64,000 nucleotides of DNA from Felis catus. Taxonomy: Eukaryota. The translations under genes were made by a program, and so were the position numbers. This document shows, piece by piece, positions 36,661-47,951 of the stretch. Location of the stretch: NCBI RefSeq assembly GCF_018350175.1, contig NC_058372.1, positions 140,244,001 through 140,308,000 of the forward strand, in the 5' to 3' direction. The notes below the pieces were generated by a model. The model ran no database searches. It was not told the origin of the DNA and saw only the letters and a list, made by a program, of their open reading frames with translations. The stretch's first letter is position 1. The number at the start of each line of letters is the position of its first letter.

Positions 36661-39516
36661 CAACTCCTTACTTTAAGATTAATTTCTTTGCTTTCTATTA
36701 AAACACAGCCACACCCAGGAGAGGTATCAGACTAAGAAAGTTTTCCCTATTGTCCCAGTGGGTACCGGCCTGAGGCTTACCTATCTTACCTGGGGAGACC
36801 ACACTCCAGGACCCCCTTGAACATAGGCTGGGCTTAGGAGACCAGGTTCTGGCCACTAACCATGAGCCCTGTCCAGACCTGGCCAGAAAGCACCTTCCAG
36901 TCTTGTCCACTCTGGCTCTGATCCTTCTGCATCCATGGAGGTCACATGTATAACATGGTGGCATCTCGGTTGGACGGGGCAGGACTTCCCAGCTATCTCT
37001 TAGAGAAGGGCTTCCCAGAAGAGTGCCCAACCTGTCCCAACCTGTTACAGGAACAAGGAAGAAAGCCTGATTTCGGAAAGCCGTTAAGATTTCGAGGTTG
37101 CTCTTTTGGCGGCTTGCGTTCCTTGTCTTGATAAATATACTCCCCGTGGTAATAATAGGGAAAAACCCATGAGTGACTTCTAGTTCAATTTTTCAAATGC
37201 AGCACAAATATTTCAAATCTCAGCCTCACCAAGAAGTATAAGTTTAGCAACCACTGAGCCAAGACTCTTATTAACTAGCCAAAACAGTCCAACAAAAACT
37301 CACCATATATCCTAGGACCCTCTCCCCCAGTGAACTGTTGCTTCTGGATTATTTCTAACATAAGCAGCTTATTCGTGTTCTCTGATCTTACCTATTTTGA
37401 GTCCCACCTTAGAAAAACATTTTGGAAAATATCTTTTCAAAATTCTAGAAACCACCACGTGTGTGAGTTAGTGAGTGAGTCGTGCCAGTTTATTTCAACT
37501 GCTCACAGGAGACAGAGGTTGAAGATGCTGTTCCAGTTAATCAATTACAACCCATCTGGGGCTGTTTTAATGAGTGCTTCAAGATGCACCTGGAAATAAT
37601 TACCTCTCGTAGGTAACAATAGCAAGACGATCGAAAGCGTTACCGGACTGTTGCAAATGGCATGTTCATTGTGTGTCACCTGAGGTTCTCAGGTGTCCCA
37701 CAAGCAGGAGCCAGGAGCACGTTCCAAAGGAAATAAATGATTTTTCGTTGCTGTTGTTCTCTTCATTCTAGTGATCACTGTATACAACTCGATTCCCATA
37801 GCATGGTGGCCAGCGGAACTGAACTTCCTACTGGATGATGGCTCAGGGTGCTCTGTACTCACGGGATAAATTTGTCATTACAGATGTTCATCCACGTGAA
37901 GTATTTTTAAAGAAAGTTTGGCAAAATGCAAGCCTGGGATGTGACAGCTGTATGACAGATCTATCAAATAAAAACGATAACAATGGAAACTCTACATCAC
38001 TTACGGCACAAAAATTAGCAATGGGCTGAGCCATCTGAAGACTCAATTCAGGGTTTAATGTTCTCATATTTTTAAGTTATTGAACGAATATTGAGATTTA
38101 TTTTTTCTCTTATAATAGGGTGCCCAGAGACGGAGGGAGAAAAACTTCCCAATAGGAGTATTTGAAAATAAAGAATGACATTTCAACCGGATGAATTGTA
38201 CATGCAGCAGTATGCCAGAAACTAGGAGAACAAAACCGTGTAGACAGCCGGTGCCACTCTAGTGATACCTCATCTCAGGAACGTTTTAAAATAGGCACTA
38301 AGTTTGCCATATATGCAGGACTGCCTTATTTAAAAGGTGGCACCTTGGTCAAAAAGGTCCTTTCTCAAAGAGTGGTCCAAGGATGCTACACAAGAGAGTC
38401 GCCTTGGGCGTTACATAAAAACCATATCCCTTAGCTTCATCCCGGACCTAATGGGGCCTTGGCACAAAGGATTTTAACAATCGCCAGGTGACTCTGAGGA
38501 CCCCTAGTAGAGACAGATCACTTGTGGGAGATCAAGTAGGAGAAGCATAATGCATCACAGACAGAAAGCATTTTCCCCCACGAGAACCCAGAGAAATTAA
38601 ACTCCAATAGAAGTGGTATTTTTTAAAAACAGATTTTCAAGATCAGAACAAATGGGAAGTCATTAAACGTGTCCATCTAAATAAAGCAGAGATAGATGAA
38701 AGGGTATTATGAGAAAATCATTCCGCTTCCAATAGAGACAAATGTGATGTTTAACTTTTTTTTATTCTACTAAATAGAAATAAAGATCTTAAAATTTATA
38801 TAGATAATAACTCGAGAGATAGACAGACAGATATTACAGTCCCTACTGTGATTAGCAAACAGCTTAAAAGAGTACCTTTTATTCTTTATTTTATATTCTT
38901 CCCACTGTTAGCTTCCTTCTGTTTTTAACAACAAAGACTCCATACCAGTCAAAGGGGAAAGGTTTTGAAGTAGCTATTAGAGAGACAGTTTTTCCCAAAA
39001 AACAGCCTGCACAATTCATCCCTCACATATCAGAACTGCTCAGTGGGAGGTTAAATTCTGTAGAGCTATTTGGTCAAGATTTAATATTACAACTTTCCAT
39101 TTATAGCTTGGCGTCCCAATCTACTTCATTTAAGGTACTGGGTACCCAGTCTCTCCATCATTGTTCAAAATCTGATGCCAAGTGCCACTGGAAATGGATG
39201 TCGCTTGAGCAATGAAAACCATATTTTCAAAGGAAAAAGATGAGATGTCTCGCACTTTTTAGACCACAGGGAAGTTTCAATATATCTGAACAAGAATATT
39301 AAGTATAAGAGCAAGGCAGAAGCCCACAAATGAAAACACTGTAAGAAACCTGATTCTCTGTATGTGGAACAGATTTCAGCAGCTCAGCACAGTTCATGAT
39401 GGCAAATGTCACAATGCCCAACTGTCTGCATGACATTCTAAAGTGCAGTTGAGGGAAACCTATAAAACATGTCAGTACAGAAATAAGCATATGGTGTCCC
39501 TATAAAGAAAGTGACT

Positions 39517-39735
39517 GAAGGCACCTGGGTGGCTCAGTCGGTTGAGCACCCAACTCTTGGTTTTGGCTCAGGTCATGATCCCAAGAGTCATGGGAATGAG
39601 CCCCATATGGGGCTACAGCTGAGCATGGAGACTGCTTGGGATTCTCTCTCTCCCTCCCTCTGCCCCTTTTCCATGCTCACTTTTGCTCTTTCTCTCTCTC
39701 TCTCTCTCTCTAAAATTAAAAAAAAATTAAAAACA
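39517..39735 (+). mobile_element. Can-SINE, older subfamily
   Basis: GGCACCTGGGTGGCTCAGTCGGTTGAGCA head, (CT)n, A tail. Confidence 0.95.
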
Positions 39736-39849
39736 AGACAGTGACCATATCATTCAGCTGTAAGTACACGAGGGTAGGCACATCTTTTTTGGCTCTTCAT
39801 GGAATCTCCAGTGCCTTGCACAATCCTTGACTCTTATAGGTGTGCTTAA

Positions 39850-39851
<2 letters not shown>

Positions 39852-39886
<35 letters not shown>

Positions 39887-39912
39887 TATGTACATTCATA
39901 CATACATACATA
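39852..39912. repeat. (CA)n / (TACA)n microsatellite
   Basis: Direct reading. Confidence 0.9.
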
Positions 39913-39989
39913 CAATTTGAAATGATAGAAAAATGAAAAATCAGTAAAAGAAAATGGGTTTTCCTAAATCTATCTTCCTATCACCTATC

Positions 39990-40198
39990 TTCACACTGAG
40001 TCTTGCCAAGTTACTTCCTAAGTATCTCAAAATGTTCTACCTTTCCCCACCCCAGCCCGACTGACCTTAAGCTCATCCACCATCAGCTCTTCCCTAGATA
40101 ATGACAAGAAACTTTTTAAAAAATTCCCTGCATTCACTTGAGCCCATCTTCAATCTTCTGTTCATATTTGAACCACAGTCATCTTTTTAAAATATAAG

Positions 40199-40238
<40 letters not shown>

Positions 40239-40800
40239 ACGCCCCACACAAACGACACTAAACCATTTGATTCTCATTGGTCTTAGAATCAAGAATAAAA
40301 ATTTTAATGTGGCTATCAACATGGCTGGGCTCCTCTATGCCTCCACATGGTCATCCTACAGGGTGTTCTGGCCTCCCAGACCGCCCTTAATTTCTCCAAC
40401 ACGCCGTGCCCTCCACCACAGGCTTTGGCACTTGCTGTGCCCCCTTCCCGGGATGCTTATTCCCCTCTACCCTTCCTTTGCTTTTCATTTTTTTGTAATA
40501 ACCATGCTTTTAGATCTCAACTCACATATATCCCCCTCAAGGAAGCCTTGGTCGGCATCCATGTCTAGATCTCGTCCTCCATCACATGGTCTCAAACCAC
40601 CATGGGTCCCTTCCATGACACAATTACAAGAGTCATATGTTATGTTCACATATGTGATTCTTTTATTAAAATCTATCTTCTTTACTGTACTGAATGCCCT
40701 ATGAAGGCAAGGATTCTGCCTTTGAATTTTACTCACCAGTGTATCCCCATCATCCAGCAAAGTGTTTGGCATTATAGTACGTTCTCAATAAATATTCATT
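39990..40800 (+). mobile_element. L2 3' region containing a (CA)n tract at 40201-40233
   Basis: CATCAGCTCTTCCCTAGATAATGAC, CTTTGGCACTTGCTGTGCCC, TATGAAGGCAAGGA...CTCAATAAATATTCATT terminus. Confidence 0.8.
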
Positions 40801-41916
40801 AAACCCATAAATTAATTAGAAGACCAATGATTCATGAGTATCCCCCATATCTGTTGGTTCCACATTTCTTACCCCAGGCTTGTTGTACTTGTTGTTTTTA
40901 AACCATGGAAGGTTTCCTTTTACTTCTCTGACCAATACGTACTTAAATAATTTCACCAAGCTAGTAATGATGTACAAAAAGACCAATCCAGACATCTGTT
41001 GGAACCAGAAGTCCAAAGCATTTCCTAGCAAAGTGGGCAGATTAAGGAATTTACAATAACTACATCCACAACATTTTAGGTCCCTGGGAAGCTTCTTGAG
41101 TATTTAGGCTAAAGCAGCTGGTTCTGGAATGGATATCATGGAATCTGGTTCCAGAAAGTTCAGAAAACAAAGTGCGGCATTGCAAGTCAAGTAGCAGGAT
41201 ATCAATGGAAATCACTGGTATTTTCATGGGATTAACACAGGAAAATTCATTGCTAAGACTCAGCTAACCAGCTGAATGCCCACGTGCACAGAACGCTTGC
41301 AAGATTGGTTTGTTTTTTCTCTTGTTTTTAATAAAATGTCCTTTCTTTGTGTCCTGATCCCACCCACGTGATATTACTTGACTATTTGAATCAGTTTACC
41401 AAGTACCTCTGCAGATATTTTTAACTTCCAAAAATCCACCAAAATATTTACCTTTAATAAATTTTTAATAAATAATAGAAGTATATACACACACATGCAT
41501 CTACATATCAACACACACACACATACAGAGAGAGAGAGAGAAGATTCGGGACTTTGCCTTGTACAACAACTTTGAAAGATAAATAAGTTGGTGTCATTAT
41601 TATCACAGTTATATACATGAAAAAAACCAAAGGCTCAGTTGTCTGGCTGCTACGTGCCTCAAGGTGGATTCAAATCTATGTCCATTGCCAATGACCACCA
41701 CCATTCCTACTTCCCCATAAAAAAGAAAATGTGCTGATCAGCTTTTCTGATATGGTATATTAAACATTTTAGATCTATCCTAAGATGTATAAAAGTGACC
41801 AATTTCACACCACCCAGGTTTTTCCGTTTAAGATATTTTTCCATAAAATATTCCTGGAAGAAGTGTTTAAGCAGGGTACAGAATTTTATTCCACACTGAG
41901 ACAAAGGATGAAATGT

Positions 41917-42293
41917 NNNNNNNNNNNNNNNNNNNNNNNNNNNNNNNNNNNNNNNNNNNNNNNNNNNNNNNNNNNNNNNNNNNNNNNNNNNNNNNNNNNN
42001 NNNNNNNNNNNNNNNNNNNNNNNNNNNNNNNNNNNNNNNNNNNNNNNNNNNNNNNNNNNNNNNNNNNNNNNNNNNNNNNNNNNNNNNNNNNNNNGTACNN
42101 NNNNNNNNNNNNNNNNNNNNNNNNNNNNNNNNNNNNNNNNNNNNNNNNNNNNNNNNNNNNNNNNNNNNNNNNNNNNNNNNNNNNNNNNNNNNNNNNNNNN
42201 NNNNNNNNNNNNNNNNNNNNNNNNNNNNNNNNNNNNNNNNNNNNNNNNNNNNNNNNNNNNNNNNNNNNNNNNNNNNNNNNNNNNNNNNNNNNN
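41917..42293. other. Assembly gaps separated by a 4-nt island GTAC (42095-42098)
   Basis: Direct reading; the other gaps are 189-413, 2097-2338, 4993-5144, 26683-26854, 33179-33384, 56322-56453 and 57221-57352. Confidence 0.98.
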
Positions 42294-45109
42294 TTCATTC
42301 AATGCTTAAGAAATAAATTAAAATGAAAGACATGTAATATCTGGACATTTCTCAAATGAGAATTTCCATTGGCATATTTTCTCTGGGTTCATTTTTTTTT
42401 TTTGCCTGTTTCTTATTTGACTTTAATAAAGCTATACTCTATTGAAGTTAAATAAAAGCACTCCTCTGAGCACTTGGAGTTAAATTAAAATAGCTATAAA
42501 TCTGAAGAAGCAGCCATTTAAAGATTCTACTTGACCTACCTTAGAAGAAATAACCTGTAGCTATAGAAAAGGTAGGTTCTACTGAGACCTGCTCTGTAAA
42601 ACCAGCTCAGGGTTCTCAGGTCTCTCCCTCCTACAGAACATCTGTCATGTCTCTTGCTCCCCAAACAGTAGACCTTAAACTCTATGAGAAGGAAACTTTC
42701 CTTAGACTTCTGGAAATTTTTTCTTCCATTAAAATTAAAAAAAAAAAAAAAGCAAGTGAAGGAGCAGCATAGTAAAGTAGAAGCAAAGAAAAAGTAAAAA
42801 ACCCACCAGACTGAAAACACACATGAATTCATATTCTCCTTAATTATCTATGCCACTCTGGAGAAGCCACCTTGAGCTCTGTGCCTCCGTTTTCTCATCT
42901 GAAAATCAAAGCAGCTAGATGTGAGCCAGGTCCGGGACTCAGCATTCACCGCCCACGCAAAACGTACAGGGGCTCCAAAAATGAAAATTCACGCAAAAAA
43001 AAAAAAAATCCATGATGAACAAAATATCAAATGCTTCAATAATAACAGGCTGAGAGGGTTACTGATTTTCCTGGTCTTGACACAGGTCTGTTCCCGACCA
43101 GATCCTCTCTAAACACCATCTACCTCTAACATTCCAGGGCTAGACTTCTAGTCTCCTCGGGCACATGGCCATCTTCCAGCCCCTGAGACCCGGACAGGGA
43201 GGTCCAACCAGCAAAACCCCTTAGGAGCATTTCAGGGCGACCGGTGAGAGAGACTGGCGCCTTCCTTCTAATTCTCCTCCCGTTGTCCCGGGGAGACAGT
43301 GACTTCATGTGGCTTCACATCAGAACTCTGCCGTGTGATCAAGATTGAAATCATAATCTCATTTCCCTAAGAGCTTTGGGAGGGCGCAGACTTCCAGCAG
43401 GCTGCCTCGGGGCGCCACCCTGTACCCTGACTTGCACTGACTTGATTAAGCTACAGCTTCGGACTGAAGACAGCATGGGGGACACTTTCAAAAATTCTGG
43501 AAGGCTGTCCTCTCCGCACACCGTGTGCTTCCTCGCCCTGGCCTGTCGGGCCTCGGCAGGGCATTCCCACTCACCGCCCAGAGAAGGGTGACATAGCGCG
43601 GAAGGGGAATGAAGCAAAGGCAAGTCTCGACCTTCGACGGCAAAGCCTCTGATCCCCCAAGAGTGGATCAAAGGTCCTACTTTTGTTCCTGAGCCCTGCT
43701 GGAGGGGGCGTATAAAATGCCAGGGTGGGCACCACTGTGACAAGGCTAAAGCAAATAAGGCAACGTCATGGAGATCCCCCAAGGCCCAGGGGGTGCAAGA
43801 AAGACATCTTAGAATACCCTGAGGCTGTCAGGGGAGCTGTCAAATGACCTCCATGCTCCGTAAGTGCCTTGGTTCTCAGAACTGCAAATGCTGAGTTGTT
43901 TGCAAACGCGGAGCAAGGTGTATCCCTTTCCCAAGAGAGTTAATGGCCCCAGGTGCTCTCCCTGAAACCCTGTCTACCCAGCACAGTACGAAATAGGAGC
44001 GCACGGCTGTCCGTTTATGTGTTGGAGGCTGGTCTGGATGAAGGTGAGAACTTGAAAGTCCTATCAAGGATGCTGGGGTCCTCCGCGGGTGCCTCGTCTC
44101 CCATCCAGGCTGGCACCACTTTGCCGTTCTCCAACAGAGGCAAGTTTCATAAATCTGCAGACGTCACCTTTTTTTCCGAAACTATAGTTACTTACATAAT
44201 TTGATCTGCTCCCTCTGTGGCTCCAGTATTGCTCGTGCCTTGTGATTGATAAGGGCCTTCCATATTCTTCTTTCATATTTAAAAACCCTTATGCAAATTC
44301 TGCCAGCAGCACAGCAAACTAAAGTTTTTGCATTAATGCTTCGTATTATTCACATACAAAAATTCCATTTAAATCTCATTAAGCTTGTGACATAAATCCA
44401 AACAAACTAGAAAATGCCCCGTTAAGGTGGAAAAGTGACATATGTCTTCCAGTCCCCTGGCAGAGCAGCACCAAATGAAAAAAATGATAAAAGTGCTCCC
44501 CATTTGGGACAATATACCAATGGACACATATGTTACTTTTCTGCCTCTAACTGTTCGCAGCCTCCCTGCCTTTATCTCAATAGCATTTAAATGAAGTATT
44601 TGTCAGCAACTGTTTCTGGTAATGTGACGTATGTGATTCAGTAAGGCGGCGAGCTGAGTTTCTGGAAACATAACGGTATCCTGGGAAAATCATAAAAAGT
44701 CTGTCTGCTAACGGCATTTTTTTGATTTCCCTCTAGGCATTTCTTGGGGTTCATGGTATGATTTATCTGTCATGTAGTATTAACAATATACCTTTCAGGG
44801 ACTGGAGGTTGAGTGGGGCCCCTGAGCTGCCTGCCTCAACCCCCCCACCAAAACTGAATGGCCTTTGTGCTGCCTTGCCTCACCTCCAACCAGTTTTTCC
44901 TTGAAAACAATTATAATAATATCAGCAGGTTACAGAGCCTTTACAATAGTACCCTACCCTCTTTAGGACCACTGCTAATGGTCAATTTTAATCCTGTAAT
45001 GTGTTTAGGTTAGAGATCTGGGGAGCTGGGTACGATCTGCTCTGGCCCTTAGTGATTGCAAATCCGAGATTATGATGTGAACAGTACAAGGTCACACCAG
45101 TACTTTGAA

Positions 45110-45306
45110 TTTTTTTAAGGTTTATTTATTTTGCAGAGAGAAAGAGAGAGCACGAGCAGGGGAAGGGCAGAGAGGGAGGGAGACACAGAACCGGAAGCAG
45201 GCTCCAGGCTCTGAGCTGTCAGCACAGAGCCCGACGCGGGGCTCGAACTCACAAACTGTGAGATCCTGACCTGAGCTGAAGTTGGAGGCTTAACCGACTG
45301 AGCCAC
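45110..45306 (-). mobile_element. Can-SINE
   Basis: Reverse-complement body; head end diverged. Confidence 0.93.
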
Positions 45307-45879
45307 GAATGACGCTATTACCATATCATAGTCAGTTACATATTTACCTCAAAAAAAATAATCGGATTTTGGATTTGGGTGCAGCTCTCAGTAGCTGCGG
45401 GACTCAGAAGGCTCAACGGGAGTATCTGAAAAGGTAGGAACGCCCCTGGTTGTCGAAAGGCCAAGGTCTTGGGCCACCGCTTACGGCTCTCCACCTGCTC
45501 TTGTCAAGCCTTCAGAGACTCCAGCGGAAAAGAGTGATGCAAAAGGAATGCCCGCCCTCCAGCCCCTGGGACCCACCTGGTTCTGTTTCCTGAAGTGGTC
45601 GAGAGCATAGGCAGAGATGCTCTCCCGGGCCTACCCATTTCAGAGAAAGAGGAGGACAGTGAGAGTCAGGGAGAGAAATGGAGAGTGTGACCAGAGACGC
45701 AGAACCAGGTCTGATGTGAGGCTGCCTCTTTCACCTGCGTGGCTCCTACCCGCCTTCACTGCCCTTCACTTCCCTGAGACGGCCTCTCCTCCAGGTGGCA
45801 CCTGCTTGGGGCAGAGGGCCCTTGTGACCTGTCTTGGCCTCTGCACCACAAGGCACCTCTCAGTTTGCCACCCAGGAGG

Positions 45880-46110
45880 TGGAGCAGTGAGCTGGGTAGG
45901 ATCCAACCCCTGTGGCCACGCTGCCTGGGTTCTGATCTCACACTGTCACTTACTGAGCCACCTTGGGTGAGGTACCTACCCTTCCCTGCCTCCGTTTCCT
46001 CATCAGTAAAATAACAACACAAAAAATCGGTAAAATCAGTAAAATCTATTTTAATTACCGCCTCACAAATACAGGTGCTCTGTAAGCATAACATACCATC
46101 ATTACTTTAT
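45880..46110 (+). mobile_element. MIR
   Basis: CTGCCTGGGTTCTGATCTC...CCTTGGGTGAGG...GCCTCCGTTTCCTCATCAGTAAAAT. Confidence 0.8.
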
Positions 46111-46284
46111 ATATACAATTGACTCTCTCCCCCACTAGACAGACAGCCAGGTAAGTCAGGGCCGGTTTTGCTCAGTGCTTGGCTGAATAGATGTTGATGG
46201 ATGAATAGATACCAGCGATTTGAAAGTATTCTTAGAATTAAGAAAATGCATGAGTCCAGATACATCTGTGGGGTGCTTTCTCTT

Positions 46285-46984
46285 TAAAAGCTTTACAAAA
46301 ATATTATTGAGTTCTAGACGACACGTTAAAAACAGCACACATTTGAAGTGGACAATTAGATAAGTTTTGACGTATGTAAACAGCCATGAAACCGTGACCA
46401 CACCAACACAAGGAGCCCTTTAAAATCCTTCCCTCAAGTCCTCTCCCCTCCCCCACAACCTCTGATTTGCTTCCTGCGAGTAGGGATTAATTTGCATTAT
46501 CTAGAGTTTTATATAAATGGACTTATGCCACGCACTCGCTTTTGTTTGCTTCCTTCACTTGGCATCGTTACTTGGAGAGTCATTCGTGTTATGTATATCA
46601 ATGGACACACATTTCCTTTTCTTTGGAGTAAATATCTATTTGTGGAACGGCTGACCATATAGTAAGTGTAAGTTTAACTTGGTAACAGACTGCTTTCCAA
46701 AGCGGTTGGAACATTTTACATGCCCACCAGCGGTAGATGAGAGCTCCAGCTTTCCTAAGCCTTGCTGATACTTCCTGTGATGAGTCTATTTAATTTTTCA
46801 TTCTAATAGGTGCGAAGTAGTATTTCACTGTGACTTTTGTTTATGTTTGCCTATTGGCTGGTGTTGGGCATCTCTTCGTGTGTTTATTTGTCATCCATAG
46901 ATCTTTGGTGAATTGTTCAAATCTTCGGCCAAGTTTTTATTGCGTTGTGTATTTTCTGACTGTTGAATGTCAGAGTTCTTTACA
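46285..46984 (-). mobile_element. L1MB/MC 3' fragment, left part (continues at 54643-54830)
   Basis: TTTCCAAAGCGGTTG..ACATTTTACATGCCCACCAGC, TAGATCTTTGGTGAATTG, GAGTTCTTTACA. Confidence 0.85.
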
Positions 46985-47340
46985 TGCTAAAAGACAGAGA
47001 CATATTAGAAATATTAAGCGTTTATTTGAGTAAAAATCAATTCAAATCAGGCAGTGCCCAATCAGAACTGGCCAGAAGTGCTCCCCCAACAGGAGCTAGG
47101 GGAGAGACTTTTATAGAAAAGATGTGGAAGCCAAGCAAGGAAATTATTTGATTGACCGTAGCTTCAGTGTGCTGGACTTGGAAAAGCTCAACTGGTTGGT
47201 TGTCCTTAGGTTTTGATCTCTTATCCTTGAGGCGTTTACAGGCTTTGGCTTGGGTTTGCTTACACAAACTCCCGGGGTATTAGAACCACCTCAGTCTCAT
47301 GGCCTCCTTCTAAGAGGAGAATTTTGTTGAGAATTTAAGA
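46985..47340 (-). mobile_element. 3' LTR of the provirus
   Basis: Ends TTTTAGCA on the minus strand; poly(A) signal CAAATAAA near 47020; GGAGGCCATGAGACTGAGG near its start; PPT CCAAAAGGGGGAAC at 47341-47354. Confidence 0.88.
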
Positions 47341-47457
47341 GTTCCCCCTTTTGGTCATTCTCTCATACACGAGCGATTGGCCCCAAATGTGGCATCAGTG
47401 CCACTCTCGGTCACCATCAGGATAAAGTTGTTCTTGTCTCGTTGGGAAATTCATGGG

Positions 47458-47951
47458 TCATAATGTCAGGTGCACGGAAGAGCTGTTTTTGTTGACCTTC
47501 TGGTTGTTCATTTGTTTCTCCAAGCACAGCGAGGCCATCTGATGTGGCTGCAAATGTACATGCAAGACCCTTGAGAGAACACAGCCCACCAGGGAGACTA
47601 CAATGATGATTATCAGGAGGATAAAACCAAGGGACTGGATTATGTTCCCCTACCCAGGGCTCCTACGAACCAAACCAGTTGGTTATCAGACAAATCAAAG
47701 AATGTGCCTGAAGGGTCATCAGCCCAATTTAGCCAAGTAGGGGGGTTGTTAATTTCTTACGTTCGCCACAAAACCAGAGTTATTGATACGGGTATTGCCA
47801 TGGCACAGACGCCTCCTTGTTTAGCCAAGAACTAATTCAAACCAATTCTATTATCGAAAGCCACCTTGGCGAGAAAGCCTAGGGACTTTTGTTGCACAGC
47901 TGTAGCCTTAACAGTAGAATTAGTGATAGCTGCCAGAGTTAAGGAATATTG
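47458..47951 (-). pseudogene. Disabled gammaretrovirus-type env TM subunit
   Basis: Hand translation gives QYSLTLAAITNSTVKATAVQQKSLGFLAKVAFDNRIGLN*FLAKQGGVCAMA (heptad repeat and ISD; TAG at 47832-47834), a frameshift that removes the CC of CX6CC, then the anchor IQSLGFILLIIIIVVSLVGCVLSRVL and a tail ending at TGA 47458-47460. Confidence 0.85.

Noticed and set aside
47458-47951. Syncytin-Car1 or another functional env gene
   Set aside because: There is an in-frame stop in the ISD, a frameshift deletes the CX6CC cysteines, and no long SU ORF lies upstream.
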